DNA of 63,399 nucleotides, the filler included, from Chiloscyllium plagiosum (Eukaryota): the NCBI RefSeq assembly GCF_004010195.1. It is 5 parts of one record of this genome, joined end to end, with 100 filler letters (N's around TTAATTAATTAA, not from the genome) between each part and the next. Parts side by side here need not be neighbours in the genome. Positions count along the whole stretch, not along the records: positions 15,474 to 44,885 come from NC_057710.1; 4 more parts are not named here. One strand, 5' to 3'. Shown here one piece after another: positions 23,700-35,384 of the stretch. Each line of letters begins with the position of its first letter. The stretch's first letter is position 1. The translations under genes and the position numbers were made by a program. Below the pieces are notes generated by a model. That model saw only the letters and a list, made by a program, of their open reading frames with translations. It did no database searches and had not been told where the DNA came from.

Positions 23700-24257
23700 G
23701 ACTTGGTTCGGCCGCATTTAGAATACTGTGTACAGTTCTGGTCGCCACATTACCAAAAGGATGTGGACGCTATGGAGAGGGTGCAGAGAAGGTTTATGAG
23801 GATGTTGCCTGGTATGGAAGGTGCTAGCTATGAAGAAAAGTTAGGTGAGGTTTATTTTCATTAGTGAAAAGGAGATTGAGGGGACCTGATTGAGGTTTAT
23901 AAAATCATGAAGGGTGTAGACAGGGTGGATAGAGACAAGCTTTTTCCCAGGGTGAAGGATTCAATAATGAGAGGTCACGCTTTCAAGGTGAAAGGTGGAA
24001 AGTTTAAGGGGGATGCATGCGGCAAGTACTCACACAGAGGGTGGTGGGCGTTTGGAATGCGTTGCCAGCAGAGGTGGCAGAGGCAGGTATGGTAGATTCA
24101 TTTAAGATGCATCTGGACAGATACATGAGTAGGTGGGGAACAGAGGGATACAGATGATTAGGAATTGACTGACAGGTTTAGACAGTACATTTGGATTGGC
24201 TCAGGCTTGGAGAGCCGAAGGGCCTGTTCCTGGGCTGTAAATTTTCTTTGTTCTTTG
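23700..24257 (+). mobile_element. CR1 3' end with (TTCTTTG)n tail
   Basis: LEYCVQFWSPHYQKD...KGVDRVDRDKLFP. Confidence 0.85.
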
Positions 24258-25264
24258 ACTGGCAAGCACTCGTTAATTAGCCCTTACACAGTCTGTGAAT
24301 TGTAAGCATGAAGAGCACGGATGGAAACCACCCAATGCCTGGGGCCTACCCTGGTTCTTTGAAGGAACTTTTCAATTCATTTCCACTCCTGTGCTCTTTG
24401 TTCATCCAGCCCTCCTGGCTACGGAGGGAACTCTTCTGAAAAGATTGTTACTCACGTAGCTTTCAGGCAACATCTTCCTGATCATCAAACTCTCTGTGTT
24501 ATAAGTACCTTCTCGCGTCCCTCCTCTGCTTGTTGCCAATTATCCTAAATACAGGAACATCGATTACTGAGCCTGAACGAGTCAAAACAAGATCTCCTTT
24601 ACCTGATCAGATCCTTCACAATATTGAACAGTGCTGATTCCACAGTGAATCGTTGGATTACACAACTGTTTTCACAGGCTCAACACATACATTGCACCTC
24701 TTCAATGTTTCCCTCTTCCTTGGATACTCTGAAAGGTAGGTAACGCAGAAACCTCTCCGTTCCCTCTCTGCTGAGGCTCTGCCTCTTCTGTAAGTCACTG
24801 TAAAACATCTTGATCAAGATGCTGTCACCATTCAAACCCCTTGAAGTCCTTAAAATCAATGCTCCAATCCTGCACTCTGTTTCCTAATATCTCAGAGGAT
24901 AATTGGCCCCTTGTGCTCAGAAACCTGTCAGATAAAGACCCCCCCAAAACAGAAACTCATGACATTGAACAGATGTCATGTTCGAAATGGGGGAAAGCTG
25001 ATGGGCAGGCTCTCCAATAGTGCAGCACTCCCACAGTACTGACCTTCTGACAGTGTGGCACTCCCTCAGTACTGACCCTCTGACAGTGCAGCACTCCCTC
25101 AGTACTGACCCTCTTACAGTGTGGCACTCCCACAGTACTGATACTCTGACAGTGCACCACTCCCTCAGTACTGACCCTCTGACAGTGTGGCACTCCCTCA
25201 GCGCTGACCCACTGACAGTGCGGCACTCCCTCAGTACTAACCCTCTGACAATGCAACAATCCCT

Positions 25265-25356
25265 TAGAGTCGAGAGTGTGTTGCTAGAAAAGCACAGCAG
25301 GTCAGGCAACCAAGGAGCAGGAGAATCGACGTTTCGGCCTTTAGCCCTTCATCCCT
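25265..25356 (-). mobile_element. HHR mini-element in satellite
   Basis: Reverse gatgaagggctaaaggccgaaacgtcgattc; TSD caatccct at 25257-25264 and 25357-25364. Confidence 0.8.
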
Positions 25357-26011
25357 CAATCCCTCATTACTGACCCTCCAAATGTGCAGCACTCCCTCTG
25401 TACTGACTCTTAAACAGTGCAGCCTTCCCTCAGTACTAACTCTCTGACAGTGCGGCACTCCCTCAGAACTGACCCTCCATCTGTATGGCACTCCTTCAGT
25501 ATTATCCCTTTGACAGTGTGGCACTCCTTCAGCACTGACCCTCTGATAGTGTGGCATTCCCTCAGCACTGACCGTCTGACAGTGCAGCACTTCCTCAGTA
25601 CTGACCCTCTGACAGTACAGTACTCCGTCAGTACTGACCCTCTGACAGTGCACACTCCCTCAGCACTGACCGTCTGACAGTGCAGCACTTCCTCAGTACT
25701 GACCCTCTGACAGTACAGTACTCTGTCAGTACTGACTCTCCAATAGTGCAGCACTTCTTCAGTACAGATCTTCTGACAGTGTAGCACTCCTTCAGTACTG
25801 ACCCTACCCAACAGTGAGCCACTCCCTCAGTACAGTGCGGGACTCCCTTAATACTGACCCTCTGACAGTGCAGCACTCCCTCAGTACTGACCCTCTGACG
25901 TAAGCCACTCCTTCGGTACTGACCCTTTGACAATATGACACTCCCTCAGTACTGACCCTCTGACAATAAGCCACTCCCTCAGTACTGACCCTTTGACAGT
26001 GCAACAATTCC

Positions 26012-26104
26012 TTAGAGTCGAGACTGTGTTGCTGGAAAGCACAGCATGTCAGGCAGCCAACGAGCAGGAGAATCGGCGTTTCGGCCTGGAGCCCTTCAGC
26101 AGGA
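26012..26104 (-). mobile_element. HHR mini-element in satellite
   Basis: Reverse cctgctgaagggctccaggccgaaacgccgattc. Confidence 0.8.
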
Positions 26105-28340
26105 ATTCCCTCAATACTGAACCTCTGACACTGCAGCACTCTGTCAGTCCTGCCCTTCTGTTACGTGGTACTCACTCAGTACTGACCCTCTGACAGTGTG
26201 GCATTCCCTCAGTACTGACCCTCTGACAGTGCAGCCTTTCCTCAGTACGGACACTCTGACAGTGCGGCACTCCTTCGGTACTCACCCTGTGACAGTGCGG
26301 CACTCCCTCAGTACCAACCCTCTGATAGTGCTGCACTCCCTCGGTACTCACCCTCTGACAGTGCAGCACTCCTTCGGTACTCAACCTGTGACAGTGCGGC
26401 ACTCCCTCAGTACTCACCCTCTGACAGTGCAGCACTCTCTCAGTACTGACCCTCCACCAGCGCAGCACTTCCTCAGTATTGACCCTCCAGCAGTGCAGCA
26501 TTCCCTCGGTACTGAGCCTCCAACAGCACAGCACTCTCTCAGTACTGACCGTCCAACAGCGCAGCACTCACTTAGTATTGACCCTCAATGCAAAATCAGA
26601 ATGTGTGTTGCTTCCCTTGTGCTAGGATCAAGGATGTCTCAGAGAGAGTGCAGAATGTTCTCACGGGGGAGAGGGGCCAGCAGGAGGTCATTGTACATTG
26701 GAACCAACGATATAGGGAGGGAAAAGGTTGAGATTCTGAAGGGAGATTATAGAGAGTTAGGCAGAAATTTAAAAAAGGGGTCCTTGATAATAGTAATATC
26801 TGGATTACTCCCAGTGCTACGAGCTAGTGAGGGCAGGAATAGGAGGANNNNNNNNNNNNNNNNNNNNNNNNNNNNNNNNNNNNNNNNNNNNNNNNNNNNN
26901 NNNNNNNNNNNNNNNNNNNNNNNNNNNNNNNNNNNNNNNNNNNNNNNNNNNNNNNNNNNNNNNNNNNNNNNNNNNNNNNNNNNNNNNNNNNNNNNNNNNN
27001 NNNNNNNNNNNNNNNNNNNNNNNNNNNNNNNNNNNNNNNNNNNNNNNNNNNNNNNNNNNNNNNNNNNNNNNNNNNNNNNNNNNNNNNNNNNNNNNNNNNN
27101 NNNNNNNNNNNNCAGTGCTGCACTCCCTCAGTACTCACCCTCTGACAGTGCGGCACTCCCTCAGTATGGACCCTCTGCCAGTGCTGCACTCCCTCAGTAC
27201 TCACCCTCTGACAGTGCAGCACTCCCTCAGTACTGACCGTCCAACAGCGCAGCACTCACTTAGTATTGACCCTCAATGCAAAATCAGAATGTGTGTTGCT
27301 TCCCTTGTGCTAGGATCAAGGATGTCTCTGAGAGAGTGCAGAATGTTCTCACGGGGGAGAGGGGCCAGCAGGAGGTCATTGTACATATTGGAACCAATGA
27401 TATAGGGAGGGAAAAGGTTGAGATTCTGAAGGGAGATTACAGAGAGTTAGGCAGAAATTTTAAAAAGGGGTCCTTGATAATAGTAATATCTGGATTACTC
27501 CCAGTGCTACGAGCTAGTGAGGGCAGGAATAGGAGGATGGAGCAGGTGAATGCATGGCTGAGGAGCCATGTGAGAAGGATTCACATTTTTTGATCATTGG
27601 AATCTCTTTTGGAGTAGGATTGATCTGTACAAGAAGGATTGCACCTAAATTGGAAGGGGACTAATATACTGGCAGGGAGGTTTGCTGGAGCTGCTTGGGA
27701 GGACTTAAAGTAGTAAGGTGGGGGACTTGGGAGAGGTGGGACCCAGGGAGATAGTGAGGAAAGAGATCGATCAGAGACTGGTACAGCTGAGAACAGAAGC
27801 GAGTCAAACAGTCAGGGCAGGCAGGGACAAGGTAGGACTAATAAATTAAACTGCATTTATTTCAATGCAAGAGGCCTAACAGGGAAGGCAGATGAACTCA
27901 GGGCATGGTTAGGAGCATGGGACTGGGATATCATATCAATTACAGAAACATAGCTCAGGGGTGGACAGGACTGGCAGCTTAATGTTCCAGGATACAAATG
28001 CTACAGGAAGGATAGAAAGGGAGGCAAAAGAGGAGGGGGAGTGGCACTTTTGATAAGGGATAGCATTACAGCTGTACTGAGGGAGGATATTCCCGGATAT
28101 ACATCCAGGGAGGTTATTTGGATGGAACTGAGAAATAAGAAAGGGATGATCACCTTATTGGGATTGTATTATAGACCCCTAATAGTCAGAGGGAAATTGA
28201 GAAAAAAACTCGTAGGGGGATCTCAGTTATCTGGAAGAATAACAGGGTGGTTATGGTCGGGGATTTTAACTTTCCAAACATGGACTGGGACTGCCATAGT
28301 GTTAAGGGTTTAGATGGAGAGGAATTTGTTAAGTGTGTAC

Positions 28341-28475
28341 GGGCAGCACAGTGGCCGTAGTGTTAGGTGAAGGGGTAAAGGTAGGGAAATGGGTCTGGGT
28401 GGGTTGCTCTTCGGAGGGTCGGTGTGGACTTGTTGGGTCAAAGGGCCTGTTTCCACACTGTAACTAATCCAACCT
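28341..28475 (+). mobile_element. Internally deleted HE1-type SINE inside CR1
   Basis: gggcagcacagtggc head joined directly to the cgtagtgttagg...ccacactgtaa tail. Confidence 0.8.
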
Positions 28476-28645
28476 AAAGAAAATTTTCTGATTCAGTATG
28501 TAGATGTACCTACTAGAGAAGATGCAAAACTTGACCTACCCTTGGGAAGGGCACGTGACTGCGGTGTCAATGGGGGGGCATTTTGGGGCCAGCGACCATA
28601 ATTCTATTAGTTTTAAAATAGTGATGGAAAAGGATAGACCAGATC

Positions 28646-28807
28646 AGATTTGGGGAGACGGGCCGCCTACTTGCGGAGCGTTTCTGGGAACACCTCTGGG
28701 ACACCCGGACCAACCAACCCAACCACCCTGTAGCCCAACATTTCAATTCCCCCTCCCACTCCACCAAGGATATGCAGGTCTTTGGACTCCTCCATCGTCA
28801 GACCACA
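28646..28807 (+). mobile_element. Penelope GIY-YIG fragment inside CR1
   Basis: GETGRLLAERFWEHLWDTR...VAQHFNSPSH. Confidence 0.85.
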
Positions 28808-31570
28808 NNNNNNNNNNNNNNNNNNNNNNNNNNNNNNNNNNNNNNNNNNNNNNNNNNNNNNNNNNNNNNNNNNNNNNNNNNNNNNNNNNNNNNNNNNNNN
28901 NNNNNNNNNNNNNNNNNNNNNNNNNNNNNNNNNNNNNNNNNNNNNNNNNNNNNNNNNNNNNNNNNNNNNNNNNNNNNNNNNNNNNNNNNNNNNNNNNNNN
29001 NNNNNNNNNNNNNNNNNNNNNNNNNNNNNNNNNNNNNNNNNNNNNNNNNNNNNNNNNNNNNNNNNNNNNNNNNNNNNNNNNNNNNNNNNNNNNNNNNNNN
29101 NNNNNNNNNNNNNNNNNNNNNNNNNNNNNNNNNNNNNNNNNNNNNNNNNNNNNNNNNNNNNNNNNNNNNNNNNNNNNNNNNNNNNNNNNNNNNNNNNNNN
29201 NNNNNNNNNNNNNNNNNNNNNNNNNNNNNNNNNNNNNNNNNNNNNNNNNNNNNNNNNNNNNNNNNNNNNNNNNNNNNNNNNNNNNNNTTGGTTAAGAAAA
29301 AGAAGGAAGCATATGTCAAGTATAGACAGGATAGATCGAGTGAATCCTTAGAAGAGAATAAAGGCAGTAGGAGTATACTTAAGAGGGAAATCAGGAGGAC
29401 AAAAAGGGGACATGAGATAGCTTTGGCAAATAGAGTGAAGGAGAATCCAAAGGGTTTTTACAAATACATTAAGGACAAAAGGGTAACTGGGGAGAGAATA
29501 GGGCCCCTCAAAGATCAGCAAGGCGGTCTTTGTGTGGAGCCACAGGAGATGGGGCAGATACTAAATGAGTACTTTGCATCAGTATTTACTGTTGAAAAGG
29601 ATATGGAAGATATAGAATGTAGAGAAATAGATGGTGACATCTTGCAAAATGTCCATATTACAGAGGAGGAAGTGCTGGATGTCTTGAAACTCATAACAGT
29701 GGATAAATCCCCAGGAACTGAACTGGTGTACCCTAGAACTCTGTGGGAAGCTCGAGAAGTGATTGCTGGGCCTCTGGAAGACTGGAGGTTGGCTTACGTG
29801 GTGCCACTGTTTAAGAAAGGTGGTAAGGACAAGTAAGGGAACTATAGACCAGTGAGCCTGACATCGGTGGTGGGCAAGTTGTTGGAGGGAATCCTGAGGG
29901 ACTGGATGTACATGTATTTGGAAAGGCAAGGACTGATTAGGAATAGTCAACATGGCTTTATGCTTGGGAAATCATGTCTCACAAACTTGATTGAATTTTT
30001 TGACGAAGTAACAAAGAGGATTGATGAGAGCAGAGTGGTGGACATGATCTATATGGATTTCAATAAGGCGTTCGACAAGGTTCCCCATGGGAGACTAGTG
30101 AGCAAGGTTAGACCTCATGGAATACAGGGAGAACTTGCCATTTGTATACAGAACTGGCTCAAAGGTAGAAGACAGAGGGTGGTGGTGGAGGGTGGTTTTT
30201 CAGACTGGAGGCCTGTGACCAGTGAAGTGCCACAAGGATCGGTGCTGGGTCCACTATTTTTCATCATTTACATAAATGATTTGGATGCGAGCATAAGAGG
30301 TACAGTTAGTAAGTTTGCTGATGACACCAAAATTGGAGGTGTAGTGGACAGCAAAGAAGGTTACCTCAGATTACAATGGGATCTTGATCCGATGGGCAAA
30401 TATTTTGAGATGTGGCAGATGGAGTTTAATTTAGATAAATGTGAGGTACTGCATTTAGGGAAAGCTAATCTTAGCGGACTTATACACTTAATGGTAAGGT
30501 CGTAGGGAGTGTTACTGAACAAAGAGACAGGTTCATATCTCCTTGAAAGTGGAGTCGCAGGTAGATAGGATAGTGAAGAAGGTATTTGGTATGCTTTCCT
30601 TTATTGGTCAGAGTATTGAGTACATGAGTTGAGAGGTCATGTTGCGGCTGTACAGGACATTGGTTAGGCCACTGTTGGAATACTGTGTGCAATTCTGGTC
30701 TCCTTCCTATCGGAAAGATGTGAAATTTGAAAGGGTTCAGAAAAAATTTACAAGGATGTTGCCAGGGTAGGAGGATTTGAGCTGTAGAGAGAGGTTTATT
30801 AGGCTAGGGCTGTTTTCCCATGAGCGTTGGAGGCTGAGGGGTGACCTTATAGAGGTTTACAAAATTATGAGGAGCTTGGATTGGCTAAATAGACAAAGTC
30901 TTCTCCCTGGGGTCGGGGAGTCTCGAACTAGAGGGCATAGGTTTAGGGTGAGAGGGGAAAGATATAAAAGAGACCTTAGGGGCAACGTTTTCACACAGAG
31001 GGTGGTACGTGTATGGAATGAGCTACCAGAGGAAGTGGTGGAGGCTGGTACAATTGCAACATTTAAAAGGCATCTGGATGGGTATATGAATAGGAAGGGN
31101 NNNNNNNNNNNNNNNNNNNNNNNNNNNNNNNNNNNNNNNNNNNNNNNNNNNNNNNNNNNNNNNNNNNNNNNNNNNNNNNNNNNNNNNNNNNNNNNNNNNN
31201 NNNNNNNNNNNNNNNNNNNNNNNNNNNNNNNNNNNNNNNNNNNNNNNNNNNNNNNNNNNNNNNNNNNNNNNNNNNNNNNNNNNNNNNNNNNNNNNNNNNN
31301 NNNNNTATAAAAGAGACCTAAGGGGCAACTTTTTCACACAGAGGGTGGTACGTGTATGGAATGAGCTGCCAGAGGAAGTGGTGGAGGCTGTTACAATTGC
31401 AACATTTAAGAGGCATTTGGATGGGCATATGAATAGGAAAGGTTTGGAGGGATATGGGCCAGGTGCTGGCAGGTGGGACTAGATTGGGTTGGGATATCTG
31501 GTTGGCGTGGACAAGTTGGACTGAAGGGTCTGTTTCCATGCTGTACATCTCTATGACTCTATGACTCTGA

Positions 31571-33920
31571 CAGTACGGCACTCCCTCAGTACTGACCCTC
31601 CAATAGTGCAGCAGTCCCTCAGGACTGACCCTCAGGCTGTGTGGCATTCCCTCAGTATTGACCCTCCATCTGTGTGGTAAGCCTTCAGCACTGTCCCTCT
31701 GACAGTGAGGCACACCCTCAATACTGATCCTTCGACTGTGCAGCACTCTCTCAGCACTGGCACTCTGACAATGCAGCACTTCCTCAGTGCTGAACCTCTG
31801 ACAATACAGCACTCCTTCAGTACTGACCACCCCCAAAAGTGAGCCGCTCCCTCAGTACTGACCCTCTGACAGTGCAGGAGTCCCTTAATACTGAACCTCT
31901 GATACTGCAGCTCTCAGTCTGTCCTGCCCCTGCTACTGTGTGGTACTCCCTCATTACTGACCCTCTCAAAGTGCAACACTCCCTCAGTAATGGCTCTCTG
32001 ACAGTATGGCACTCTCTCAGCACTGGCCCTCTGACAGTGTGGCACTCCCTCAGTATCGATCATGTGACAGTGCAGCACTCCCTCAATACTTACCCTTCGA
32101 CAGAGTGTCACTCCCTCAGTACCGACCATTCAGCTGTGCAGTACTCCATCTGTACTGACCCTGTGACAGTGCAGCAGTCCCTTAGTCCTGTCCTTTCAAC
32201 TTTGCAGCATTTCCTCAGTACAGACGCTCTGACAGAGCAACACTCCCTCAGTACTGACGGTCTGACAGTGCGGCACTCCTTCAATACTGACCCTCCGACA
32301 GTGCGGCACTCCCTCAGTACTGACCCTCTGACAGTGCGGCACTCCCTCAGTACTGACCCTCCGACCGTGCGGCACTCCCTCAGTACTGACCCTCTGACAG
32401 TAAGCCACTCCCTTAGTATTGACCCTCTGACGGACGGTACGGTACTCCTCGAGGTAAAAACAATGACTGCAGATGCTGGAAACCAGATTCTGGATTAGTG
32501 GTGCTGGAAGAGCACAGCAGTTCAGGCAGCATCCAAGGAGCTCCTCTAGTACTGACCCTCCGACAATGTAGAACTCTCTCAGTACTGACCCTCTGACAGT
32601 GCAGCACTCTTTTGGTATTGTCTCTCCCCAACAGAGAGCCAATCCGTCAGTACTGACCCTCTGACAGTGCGGCACTTCCTTAATACTGAACCTCTGACAC
32701 TGCAGCACTCCTTCAGTCCTGCCCTTCTACTGTGTGGCACTAATTCAGTACAAACCCTCTGACAGTGTGGCACTCCATCACTACTGACCCTCGAACAGTG
32801 CGGCACTCCCTCTATACTGACTGTCCCAGAGTAAGGCACTCCCTTAGTACTGATGCTCTGACAGTGCAGCATTCACTCAGTACTGGCTCTCTGACAGTGC
32901 AGCACTCCCTTAATAATGAACCTCTGACACTGCAGCACTCCATCAGTCCTGCCCTATCAACTGCGCGGCACTCCCTCAGTACTGACCCTCTGACAGTGCT
33001 GCACTCCATCAGTCCTGACCTTCTGACAGTGCTGCACTCCATCAGTACTGACCCTGTGGTGGTGCAGCATTCCATCAGTACTTACCTTCCAACAGTGCAG
33101 CACCCCCTCTGTACTGACCCTGTGACAGTGCGGCACTCCCTCAGTCCTGCCCCATCAACTGCACGGCACTCCCTCAGTACTGACTCTCTGACAGTGCTGC
33201 ACTCCATCAGTACTGACCTTCCAACTATGCGGCACTCCCTTAGTAATGACCCTCCAACAGAGCAGCACTCCCTTAGTATTGACCCTCTGACAGTGTGGCA
33301 CTCCCTCACTACTGACCCTCCAACAGCGCAGCACTCCCTCAGTATTGACCCTCCAGCAGTGCAGCATTCCCTCAGTATTGACCCTCAAAAATGCGGCAGT
33401 CCTTCAGTACTGACGCTCAGGTACTGCAGCATTCCCTCAGTACTGACCTTCCAACAGTGTGGCACTCTCTCAGTACTGATCCTCTATCCTGGCACTCCCT
33501 CAACAGTGACCCTCTGACCGTCTGGCATTTCCTCAGTACTGGCCCTCTGACAGTGCGGCACTTCCTCAGTACTGACCGTCTGACAGTGTGGCAGTCCCTC
33601 AGTACCGACCCTCTGACAGTGCAGCACTCCCTCAGCACTGATCCTCTGACAGTATGGCTCTCCCTCAGTAGTGACCCTCTGACAGTGCAGTGCTCCCTCA
33701 GTACTGACCCTCTGACAGTGTGGCTCTCCCTCAGTACTGACCCTCTGACGGTTCAACACTCCCTCAGCACTGACCCTCCGACAGTGCAGTGCTCCCTCAG
33801 TACCAACCTTCTGACAGTGCGGCACTCCCTCAGTACTGACCCTCTGACGGTTCAACATTCCCTCACTACTGACCCTCCGACAATATGGTACTCCCTCAGT
33901 GAAGACCCTCTGATTGTCCA
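31571..33920. repeat. 33-bp minisatellite array, right part, with a PLE 3' fragment at 32451-32540
   Basis: Same unit as 25012-27275. Confidence 0.95.
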
Positions 33921-34539
33921 CTATTGTTTCATTGTGTTCTTACATGAATTACGGACTGAGATTGCTGCTGAGAGTGTTGAACCTGCTGACTCAGGGTGAG
34001 CAGTGCATTGCGCTGATCTTGCGAACCGACTGCCATAAGTTTCTGGTAAGGAGTGGGCCCTTGTGCCAATGAATATGGCTGGCAGAGATCAGAGAACAAT
34101 GTTGAGTCTCAGACAATGAGAAGCAATTGAACAAAGTTTTGATCAGAGCTGTCTGGATTGGTCTCTGGCTGAGAATATGAATAGGCTAATACTGCCCTCT
34201 GTCATCAGTCCTTGTTAACTGTAACTGCGGACAATGGAACAGAAAGGAACAATCATAGTTCCTGTCGCACAGGAGAGGGAAACAAGTTTTAGATGTTTTA
34301 GTTTTGCTGTTCGTTCACCACTGATATCAGGGACTCAGCAACATACCCTGAAATGAGAGTCAGACCGTTAAGAAGTGATTTTCGGATACATTTGCACACA
34401 AATGTTTTTTGAAGTCTGGAATTCGTTTCTGAAAAGAGTGATTGATTCATTGTTACTTTTGAGACTGGCTGATCAAAGTTTGTTGACCAATAGCATTGAG
34501 GGAAATGGAACAGAGTGGGTCCAGAGGGCACAGTCTCAG

Positions 34540-34820
34540 AATAAAGGGGCACCAATTTAAGACAGAGATGAGGAGGAATCGCTTCTCTCAGAGGGTTGTG
34601 AGTCTTTGGGATTCCATGCTGCAGAGTGAGCTGTGGGGACAGGGTCATTGTGTGTACTTAAGTCTAAGGTAGATAGATTCACGATCAGTCGGGGAATCAA
34701 GGGTTGTAGGGACAGGGGAAGGAAAGGGCATGTGAGGAATGTTGAATCAGCCATGCTTCCATAAGTAGCAAAGCAGACTGGAGGGGCCAAATGGCCTATT
34801 CCTGATCGTAATTCTTGAAA
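34540..34820 (+). mobile_element. Decayed CR1 3' end
   Basis: FKTEMRRNRFSQRVVSLWDS. Confidence 0.7.
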
Positions 34821-35162
34821 CCTTACATGGAGTTAGATCACAGGGTAGCCTCAGTCTCACTGAGGAGTGGATATGGCTCCTGTCCCTGCTTGGTATTTCC
34901 CTCTCCTCCATGTTTAATGTAACCTCTGACTGAGAAGACAGCGTATTGACCTAAAATGTGGGAAACCGAGCAAACAGCAGGTAATGCATTTCAGTGAAAA
35001 AACAACTGAACAGCAAAAGGAATGTTGTCATGGGAAACAGATTCAGTGCTGTGGGAATGTATATGGATATGTATTGGCAGGTTCACTGATGGCTGTATAT
35101 GGGATCTTGCCTTGTAAAGATGTGGCTGCCAGATTTGCTTCATTATAACAGTATAAATATGA

Positions 35163-35300
35163 CCTATAAATAGAGGCAGGACATACCACCAGCACTTCAC
35201 CGGAGACTCTCATTGATGGTGTTACCCAGTCATGGTGACGAAACGTCTAAAAACAAACCTTCTACCTCAGCGAGCTAACTTATATACTTACAGTGGTGAA
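35163..35300 (+). mobile_element. Poseidon-type PLE 3' UTR with degenerate HHR (35213-35247)
   Basis: ttgatgg-tgttacc-cagtcat-ggtgac-gaaacgtc; homologous to the reverse of 54500-54665. Confidence 0.7.
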
Positions 35301-35384
35301 CTTCCAAAGAAAAATACTTCTTCCCATCCTGAGTTGGCGGAGAAGATGGTGATAGACATGTTTTCAAAAAAAAGCTAGTAAACT

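Larger units (their letters stand above)
25012..27275. repeat. 33-bp minisatellite array, left part
   Basis: Unit cagtgcggcactccctcagtactgaccctctga, diverged copies. Confidence 0.95.
27276..31570 (+). mobile_element. Near-complete CR1 LINE (ORF1 SGNH esterase, ORF2 APE+RT, (GACTCTAT)n tail), inactivated
   Basis: VCCFPCARI...VHIGTND...ISGLLP; APE YFNAR/GDFN/SDHN; RT QHGF, DFNKAFDKVPH, VPQGSVLGP, FADDTK; stops and frameshifts present. Confidence 0.95.

Noticed and set aside
26400..27535. Duplicated satellite/CR1 junction either side of a gap (also 30963-31099 vs 31306-31440)
   Set aside because: Near-identical copies abutting gaps are most simply unmerged contig overlaps or haplotypes.
29852..30505. 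Functional reverse transcriptase gene
   Set aside because: Part of a CR1 ORF2 broken by stops, frameshifts, deletions and nested inserts.
25012..33920. 33-bp repeat as a CRISPR array or repeat protein gene
   Set aside because: Head-to-tail units with no unique spacers and no cas genes; long ORFs arise because the unit length is divisible by 3.
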